The notes below the pieces were generated by a model. It was not told the DNA's origin. It was given only the letters and a program-made list of their open reading frames with translations, and searched no databases. A stretch of DNA of 47,804 nt, taken from Alphaproteobacteria bacterium MarineAlpha3_Bin6 (GTDB lineage: Bacteria > Pseudomonadota > Alphaproteobacteria > Rhodospirillales > UBA2165). The stretch lies in assembly GCA_002938035.1 (NCBI GenBank), contig PTLH01000003.1:1-47804 (forward strand). Direction: 5' to 3'. This document shows positions 41,473-47,804 of the stretch, one piece after another. Position 1 is the first letter of the stretch. Each line of letters starts with the position of its first letter. Both the position numbers and the translations under genes were made by a program.

Positions 41473-42306
41473 ATGTCATTTGATCGGGGGGAAATTTTAT
41501 CTCGACTTGAACCGGCGCTAAAACCTTTTGAAGAAAATCTTGATATAGCTGAAATGGCATTGTTACTTGCATCCCTCGACCTGCCAAACGAAGATCTAGC
41601 CCCATATCGTAAACATTTAGACAATATTTCGTTGGACTTGGGTGTTGCAACGAGAAGTGTGCGTCACACCCGGGACTTGGCTATTGCTCTCTCTGATGTT
41701 TTATTCGGTGTTCACGGTTATGCCGGTGATACCGCTACTTTTAACGATATGCAAAATGCCAATATTATGAGGGTAATTGATCGCCGGAAAGGACTACCGG
41801 TGGCTTTGGGAATCTTATTAATTCATATGGCGAGAACCCAAGGTTGGAATATCACGGGTTTAAACTTTCCAGGGTATTTTTTACTTCGTATTACTCACGA
41901 AGGTGAGCAAATTTTGATTGACCCTTTTAACAAGGCCCAACGATTGACGATTGACAAAGTACAGGGTCTGATTACTCAAATGCGGGGACCCAGTGCCCGG
42001 TTACAGCCTCATCACCTCCAATCTGTGAGTGATAGAGATGTAATCCTCCGGCTTCAAAATAACATCAAGGCTCGGGCAATGGAGGCTGATGATCCAGAAC
42101 GGGCCCTAGAGGTAATTGAGAGAATGTATCGTATCTCGCCGGATAATGCCGGTTTAGTCTCTGAAATGGCTGTATTAGAGGCCGATAAAGGCAATATAAA
42201 GAGATCGTTAGAAAGTCTTTCCGATTTTCTTGTGCGTTGGGAGGGGCATCCTGAAGAGGAACAAATTTCTGCACTAAGTGAAAACCTAAGACGACGCCTT
42301 AACTGA
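41473..42306 (+). CDS. SirB1-like protein (transglutaminase-like core + TPR)
   Basis: GYAGD, VIDRRKGLPVALGIL, GLNFPGYFL, IDPF, LRLQNNIK. Confidence 0.9.
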   Translation: MSFDRGEILSRLEPALKPFEENLDIAEMALLLASLDLPNEDLAPYRKHLDNISLDLGVATRSVRHTRDLAIALSDVLFGVHGYAGDTATFNDMQNANIMRVIDRRKGLPVALGILLIHMARTQGWNITGLNFPGYFLLRITHEGEQILIDPFNKAQRLTIDKVQGLITQMRGPSARLQPHHLQSVSDRDVILRLQNNIKARAMEADDPERALEVIERMYRISPDNAGLVSEMAVLEADKGNIKRSLESLSDFLVRWEGHPEEEQISALSENLRRRLN

Positions 42307-42611
42307 GAGCATAATTTTTATCCACGGATGTATACAACATCAGCCCTATGGGCGAATAATTTGGTTTTTTGATTTATAAGAGAGCTGAACTTATAATTTA
42401 ATAGTGGAAGCTCGGCTCCAGTCTGGAGCATGCGATCCCGTTTCTCAAACCAAAGGTCTTGTATAGCCATGATCTGTATAACCTTCAAAATAGGGCAATA
42501 CTACGGTGAAATGGTGATTTGTAATATTCAAAGTAACTTGTGGTAGATGGTTAGCTACAAGATCCCTCCAAAGGTGGGACAATCCTCAAAATTGTTTCTA
42601 TTTTTATATTT

Positions 42612-43820
42612 CTAAGGTTCTAACTGCCGGTCAGTTATTAACTGACGTTGCGAAATCTTTAGCCACATTACGGCAATCAAAATGATAACAATCATTGGTA
42701 AAGCGGCAAAGTTGACCCACTGCCATCCTAGAAAATGGTATACAGTACCGGCACATAACGACGCAATGGCCATGCCAGTGAAGACAATAAAGTCGTTCAT
42801 TCCCTGGACCTTCGCTCGTTCCGAGGGGGTGTGAACTTCAGTTAGGAGCTTAGTACCTCCCGTAAACACAAAGTTCCATCCAATACCTAAGAGAAATAGC
42901 GAGACCCAGAAGTGGGGTACGCTGCTTCCTATCAAGGCAATCGCGACGGACGCTGCTTGAAGTATTGCACCGACGATAATAACATTAAGGACGCTAAAAC
43001 GGTTGATCAAAGAGCCAGTAAAAAAACCGGGCGCAAACATACCAACCGCATGCCATTCAATTACGAATTTAGTATCATTAAATACGTGTCCCTCTCCGAC
43101 TAACATAGCTAGCGGTGTCGCCGTCATGAGTAAATTCATAATCACATATCCCAGGGTTGCAGAGATGACGGCAACGATTGCTACAGGTTGTAGAAGGATT
43201 TCACCTAGGGGGCGTCCTTTGTCAGTATATTCTTCCCGAGTCAGGCGAGGGATATCGATACCAATAACGATTATACCGGTTGCCAACGTGAATAATGCCA
43301 GGGCAACAAATGTTCCGGCAAATTCAGTGGAACCTAAAACATCCTTGGTCAGTTCCACTGTTTCCGGTCCAATAAAGGCGCCAAGTACGCCTGCTGCAAG
43401 AACGAGTGAGATAGCCTTTGCCTTAAAATTGTCGGGGGCAGCATCTGCGACCGCAAACCTGTATTGTTGGGCTGCGGCACCGTAAAGTCCGAATAGAAAT
43501 ATACCGAAGTTAAACCCTATAAAACTATTCTCCAATAGCGCATACATACTAAGTATTGCACCCACTGTACCTATGAGTGAAGTAATAATAAATCCTGCTT
43601 TGCGACCAAGCCATCTCATCAAATGAGCAGAGGGAATGGTTCCCGCAGCGGTACCTACAAGCATCATTGTGATCGGTACGGTTGCGAAGCGAAGGTCATC
43701 ACCCAACATATTTGCACCAGTCAAGGTAGCTGCTAAAAACGTAAGGCCGCGGCCGCTATTAAATAGGCCCTGACATATAGCCAAGACGAGGACATTTCTT
43801 TTATCGCGGGAGGAAGGCAT
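42612..43820 (-). CDS. MFS transporter (RfnT-like family by recollection; substrate unknown)
   Basis: RNVLVLA.CQ, QQYRFA.AD, AKAISLVLA.GV, IEWH..GMFAPGFFTGSLI.RF, LG.GWNF, QGMND. Confidence 0.85.
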   Translation of the reverse strand: MPSSRDKRNVLVLAICQGLFNSGRGLTFLAATLTGANMLGDDLRFATVPITMMLVGTAAGTIPSAHLMRWLGRKAGFIITSLIGTVGAILSMYALLENSFIGFNFGIFLFGLYGAAAQQYRFAVADAAPDNFKAKAISLVLAAGVLGAFIGPETVELTKDVLGSTEFAGTFVALALFTLATGIIVIGIDIPRLTREEYTDKGRPLGEILLQPVAIVAVISATLGYVIMNLLMTATPLAMLVGEGHVFNDTKFVIEWHAVGMFAPGFFTGSLINRFSVLNVIIVGAILQAASVAIALIGSSVPHFWVSLFLLGIGWNFVFTGGTKLLTEVHTPSERAKVQGMNDFIVFTGMAIASLCAGTVYHFLGWQWVNFAALPMIVIILIAVMWLKISQRQLITDRQLEP

Positions 43821-43939
43821 TGTTAGCTCGGCTTTAAAGCACTCGCTAGGTTGCTGCAAGCATTCTTCCAAATTGTACCTATACTAGGCCGAATCAGTGG
43901 AATGTTTGTCGAAAAATAGTACATAAATAATTTGATTAT

Positions 43940-43954
43940 GAACTTGGTGTGAAC
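43940..43954. promoter_or_regulatory. Putative alphaproteobacterial LexA box
   Basis: GAAC-ttggtgt-GAAC exactly matches GAAC-N7-GAAC, in the divergent MFS/gyrA intergenic region. Confidence 0.35.
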
Positions 43955-44140
43955 TTGTGTAAAATAATCTAAAAAAATACAATTAAAACAATATGTTATC
44001 GGAAAATAATTTGAGTAAAAAGAAGGCTGAATTAGTTGTTCTGAGCGGTATATTTTGGTATGTGTATAGATGTTTAAGATTTGTTCTTGCAGACGTAAAA
44101 ACTGCCTCCAAATTCTGGTCATTCTAACTACTAGGATAGT

Positions 44141-47020
44141 TTGTTGACGACCCCTCCAGATACGCTTGACGATCTTCCACCAGAAGGATCCCCCCCAGTT
44201 GTACCGCCTGATGATATTCCCCCGAGGGAGGGTGGAGAAGGCGCTCCTCCTGGCAGGGAGATAGTATATGTCAGTATTGAGGAGGAGATGAAAAGCTCCT
44301 ACCTCGATTATGCCATGAGTGTAATTGTCAGTCGTGCTTTACCTGACGTTCGTGATGGTCTTAAGCCTGTCCATCGTCGCATCATATACGCTATGAAGGA
44401 AGGAGGATATGATTACAACAGGCCTTTTCGTAAATCAGCCCGGATTGTCGGCGACGTTATGGGAAAATATCATCCCCATGGGGACACGGCAATTTATGAC
44501 GCGCTTGTGCGCATGGCTCAGGATTTCTCGATGCGATTGCCTCTTATACAGGGACAAGGAAACTTCGGTTCGATGGATGGCGATAGGGCGGCTGCCATGC
44601 GTTACACGGAGGCCCGTCTTGCCCGGTCAGCCCATGCCTTAATAGAGGATATTGATAAGGATACGGTTGATTTCAAACCAAACTATGACGAGGCTGCCCA
44701 GGAACCTTCCGTTTTACCGGCTCAGTTTCCTAATCTTTTGGTAAACGGGGCGGGAGGCATTGCTGTCGGTATGGCAACAAATATCCCCCCCCATAACTTG
44801 GGTGAGGTAATTGATGCGTGCTTTGCGGTAATTGAAAATCCTGATGTAACTATCGATGAACTGATGGAGCACAGCATTCAGGGACCAGATTTTCCGACTG
44901 GCGGTATCATCCTCGGCCGCCAGGGTATCCTTTCTGCATTCCAAACCGGACGAGGCTCCATCTCCATTCGTGGACGAGCTTCGATAGAGCCTCGTGGGAA
45001 AGACCGAGAAGCCATCGTGATTACCGAGGTGCCTTACCAGGTCAATAAATCGCGTATGATTGAAATTATTGCTGAGGCTGTGCGGGATAAAAAGATTGAG
45101 GGTGTTTCTGACTTGCGTGACGAGTCGGATAGGGACGGGGTACGCGTGGTGGTGGAGACAAAACGTGATGCTATAGCGGACGTCGTTCTCAATCAACTTT
45201 ACAAATTTTCACCACTACAATCTAGTTTCGGCGTTAACATGCTCGCCTTGAATGAAGGTCGGCCAGAAATGCTGAACCTAAAAGAGATATTGAAGGCTTT
45301 TATAAATTTCCGTGAAGAAGTTATCACAAGGCGTACGACTTTTGAGTTAAGAAAGGCACGTGATCGCGCGCATATTATGGCCGGCTTGGCGGTTGCTGTC
45401 GAAAATATAGATAAGGTAATTGAACTCATTCGTAGTGCTAAAGATTCAGAAGAGGCGCGAGCACAGTTAATGTCTAAGCCTTGGTCAGCTAAAGATATCA
45501 CGCCCTTAATCGACTTAATTGATGATCCTGAGTACCGGGTTATTGATGGTGCCTATCAACTATCCGAGTTACAAGCACGGGCTATCTTGGACCTTCGCCT
45601 TCATCGTTTGACTGGATTGGAACGTAATAAGATTGGTGAGGATTTAAGAGAGCTTTGTGACAAGATCTCGGAGTATCTCGAAATACTCGCTTCGAAGGAA
45701 CTACTATTTAACATTCTACGAGACGAATTAGAAGAGATGCGAGAGCAATTCGCTAACGAACGTCGGACGACAATTGAAGAAGGATTTTTTGAACAAGATA
45801 TTGAAGACTTGATCCAGCAAGAAGATATGGTCGTTACTGTTTCTGATGCAGGCTACATTAAGCGTGTTCCGTTGTCAGCGTACCGCGCGCAAAATCGCGG
45901 TGGCAAAGGGCGTTCAGGTATGAGTACCCGGGACGAAGATTTTGTTTCCAACGTTTTTGTGGCACATACCCATCAGCCTCTTTTATTTTTTTCATCTAGC
46001 GGCATGGTCTACAAGTTAAAGGTCTACAAATTACCGCAAGGAACCCCGCAAGCTCGGGGTAAGGCTATGGTCAATATTCTCCCCCTCGACGAGGGAGAGA
46101 ATATCACCACGGTTATGGCGTTGCCTGAAGACGAAAGTAGTTGGGACAGCCTTTTTGTTATGTTTGCAACCGCGACAGGGAGCGTGCGGCGCAACCGCCT
46201 TAGCGATTTTACCGATGTAAGGGCTAACGGCAAAATAGCCATGAAAATGGATAAAGATGACCACTTGGTACGTGTAAGGGTCTTCGAAGACCAAGATAAC
46301 GTCTTTCTGGCTACCCGCAATGGAAAGTGTATTCGGTTCCCCGTTACAGATGTGCGAGTTTTCTCTGGTCGGACATCAACTGGAGTGCGCGGTATCTTAT
46401 TGACTAAAGGCGATGAGGTAATCGCTATGTCAGGCCTCAAACATGTAAAAGAGGAGGTCACCGTTCGTGACAATTACCTGCGTTCTGTTAATGCAGGAAG
46501 ACGTCTTTCTGGTGGTGACTACACTGATCGAGAGGAGGATGAATCGCGGGATAAAGAACTTATGGCTCGCCTCAAAGAATCTCAATTTGTCCAAATGGCT
46601 GATGCTGAAGAATACATTCTCACGGTTGCCGCCGATGGAATGGGAAAACGCACGTCAGCCTACGATTACCGTATATCCAAAAGGGGCGGAAAAGGTATCG
46701 ACAGCATTGATCTAAAACGAAAGAAAAAAAATCTCACAACAGTGGTTGCAATTATCCCGGTTGTTCAGACGGATGAGTTAGTCATGGTGTCGGATGGAGG
46801 TCAAATTATTCGAATGCCGGTTGAGGGTATCAGTTTTACTGGGCGTAAGGCACGTGGGGTCACCTTGTTCAGAGTTTCTGATGGAGGGCGGGTTGTTTCG
46901 GTTAGTCGCATTCGAGATGTAGTGCAGGTTGATGAATGTAGCGATGAACCGCCTAAAAGGCCTGATGACGGTAGCGTTGAATCGGCGAGTACTGGGGAAG
47001 AAGTAGTAATCAAAAAGTAG
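44141..47020 (+). CDS. gyrA: DNA gyrase subunit A
   Basis: [35 protein letters not shown] (catalytic Tyr), GyrA-box QNRGGKG. Confidence 0.99.
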   Translation: MLTTPPDTLDDLPPEGSPPVVPPDDIPPREGGEGAPPGREIVYVSIEEEMKSSYLDYAMSVIVSRALPDVRDGLKPVHRRIIYAMKEGGYDYNRPFRKSARIVGDVMGKYHPHGDTAIYDALVRMAQDFSMRLPLIQGQGNFGSMDGDRAAAMRYTEARLARSAHALIEDIDKDTVDFKPNYDEAAQEPSVLPAQFPNLLVNGAGGIAVGMATNIPPHNLGEVIDACFAVIENPDVTIDELMEHSIQGPDFPTGGIILGRQGILSAFQTGRGSISIRGRASIEPRGKDREAIVITEVPYQVNKSRMIEIIAEAVRDKKIEGVSDLRDESDRDGVRVVVETKRDAIADVVLNQLYKFSPLQSSFGVNMLALNEGRPEMLNLKEILKAFINFREEVITRRTTFELRKARDRAHIMAGLAVAVENIDKVIELIRSAKDSEEARAQLMSKPWSAKDITPLIDLIDDPEYRVIDGAYQLSELQARAILDLRLHRLTGLERNKIGEDLRELCDKISEYLEILASKELLFNILRDELEEMREQFANERRTTIEEGFFEQDIEDLIQQEDMVVTVSDAGYIKRVPLSAYRAQNRGGKGRSGMSTRDEDFVSNVFVAHTHQPLLFFSSSGMVYKLKVYKLPQGTPQARGKAMVNILPLDEGENITTVMALPEDESSWDSLFVMFATATGSVRRNRLSDFTDVRANGKIAMKMDKDDHLVRVRVFEDQDNVFLATRNGKCIRFPVTDVRVFSGRTSTGVRGILLTKGDEVIAMSGLKHVKEEVTVRDNYLRSVNAGRRLSGGDYTDREEDESRDKELMARLKESQFVQMADAEEYILTVAADGMGKRTSAYDYRISKRGGKGIDSIDLKRKKKNLTTVVAIIPVVQTDELVMVSDGGQIIRMPVEGISFTGRKARGVTLFRVSDGGRVVSVSRIRDVVQVDECSDEPPKRPDDGSVESASTGEEVVIKK

Positions 47021-47066
47021 TTTGAAATAGTTTTTATACTAAAAAGAAGACAGAAGGATAAGGCCA

Positions 47067-47570
47067 ATGGCTGACCGGACAGGAGTTTATCCAGGAACAT
47101 TTGATCCCGTGACTAATGGGCACATGGACATTATTTCACGTGCTGCGCGGGTTGTTGACGCGTTGATCGTGGGTGTGGCGATTAACGCTGGTAAGGGTCC
47201 ATTATTTTCGTTAGATGAGCGGGTTGAGATGGTTTCTGAAGAAATAAAATTGGCAGCGAATACCAAAAATTGTCGTGTAGAGGTGCGTTCTTTTGAAGGG
47301 TTGCTGACTAATTTCGCAGCCTCGTGTGGAGCTTCTTTGATTATACGGGGCCTTCGAGCCGTAACTGACTTCGAATACGAATTCCAGATGACCGGTATGA
47401 ATACAAAGCTGAACTCAGAAATTGAAACGGTATTTCTCATGGCATCGGAAGGGGAACAATTTATATCTTCGCGATTAGTGAAAGAAATTGGTAGTCTTGG
47501 CGGGGACATTGGCCATTTTGTCAGCCTTCGAGTTCGCGAACGTATGTTGCTTCGTTTTGGCAATAGTTAA
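47067..47570 (+). CDS. coaD: Phosphopantetheine adenylyltransferase
   Basis: YPGTFDPVTNGHMDII, IRGLRAVTDFEYEFQM, ISSRLVKEI. Confidence 0.98.
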   Translation: MADRTGVYPGTFDPVTNGHMDIISRAARVVDALIVGVAINAGKGPLFSLDERVEMVSEEIKLAANTKNCRVEVRSFEGLLTNFAASCGASLIIRGLRAVTDFEYEFQMTGMNTKLNSEIETVFLMASEGEQFISSRLVKEIGSLGGDIGHFVSLRVRERMLLRFGNS

Positions 47571-47592
47571 ATTGTTACGAGAATTTCACTCA

Positions 47593-47621
47593 TTGACCGA
47601 TTGTATTCGCCTTCGTATTTT
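47593..47621 (+). promoter_or_regulatory. Putative sigma70 promoter for tRNA-Lys
   Basis: TTGACC-N17-TATTTT upstream of the tRNA. Confidence 0.5.
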
Positions 47622-47699
47622 GTTCAAATTAAATAAGCGTGCCAGTTTTGTTTCTAAGGTTGGTTGATGTTTCGCGGAACAAGGATTGTCCATTAATTT

Positions 47700-47775
47700 G
47701 GGTGCATAGCTCAGGTGGTAGAGCAGCTGCCTTTTAAGCAGCGGGTCCAAGGTTCGAGTCCTTGTGCACCCACCA
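47700..47775 (+). tRNA. tRNA-Lys (anticodon UUU)
   Basis: Acceptor GGGTGCA/TGCACCC, D arm GCTC/GAGC, anticodon arm GCTGC-CTTTTAA-GCAGC, T loop GGTTCGAGTCC, encoded CCA; 76 nt. Confidence 0.97.
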
Positions 47776-47804
47776 ATCTTTTCAAGGGGTTAGGTGGTTT
47801 TTTA

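Noticed and set aside
43003-43485. Long antisense or overlapping ORFs (also 2648-3109, 6659-7066, 35667-36179, 44714-45196, 47087-47563 and similar)
   Set aside because: Shadow frames of well-supported genes, with no independent coding evidence
44460-44520. Quinolone-resistance substitution in GyrA (GDTAIYD)
   Set aside because: Thr at the Ser83-equivalent position is a natural variant in susceptible bacteria such as Pseudomonas
46440-46615. Insertion in the GyrA C-terminal domain as an intein or novel domain
   Set aside because: A charged insert at this position is typical of alphaproteobacterial GyrA, and there are no intein motifs

Overview
This is a 47.8 kb chromosomal segment of an alphaproteobacterium; gene order and protein sequences look Rhodospirillales-like (inference). 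Most of it is the conserved backbone xth-erpA / dgt-argS-SPOR-nagZ-S2P-scpAB-tatABC-serS-surE-pcm-nlpD / DUF815 / yajC-secDF-Mth938(NDUFAF3-like)-NDUFAF6-like / trmFO-uvrA / ssb-gyrA-coaD-tRNA-Lys(UUU). The first 10 kb is accessory uptake and catabolism: an alpha/beta hydrolase + luciferase-like monooxygenase + TctCBA operon, an AT-rich DMT transporter and a TRAP system. Several small insertions interrupt the backbone: an uncharacterised GT-A-fold-like gene after scpB, a decayed NADPH-dependent FMN reductase pseudogene, a 31-aa microprotein + short PuuD-like protein + orphan hpnE, MFS + orphan PDR/VanB reductase between uvrA and ssb, and SirB1-like + MFS between ssb and gyrA. I found no CRISPR, integrase, transposase, phage or defence genes. 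The best leads are the hydrolase/LLM/TTT catabolic operon, a candidate structured RNA at 39441-39603, the microprotein/PuuD-like pair and the GT-A-like orphan. All assignments come from reading motifs; no database searches were run.
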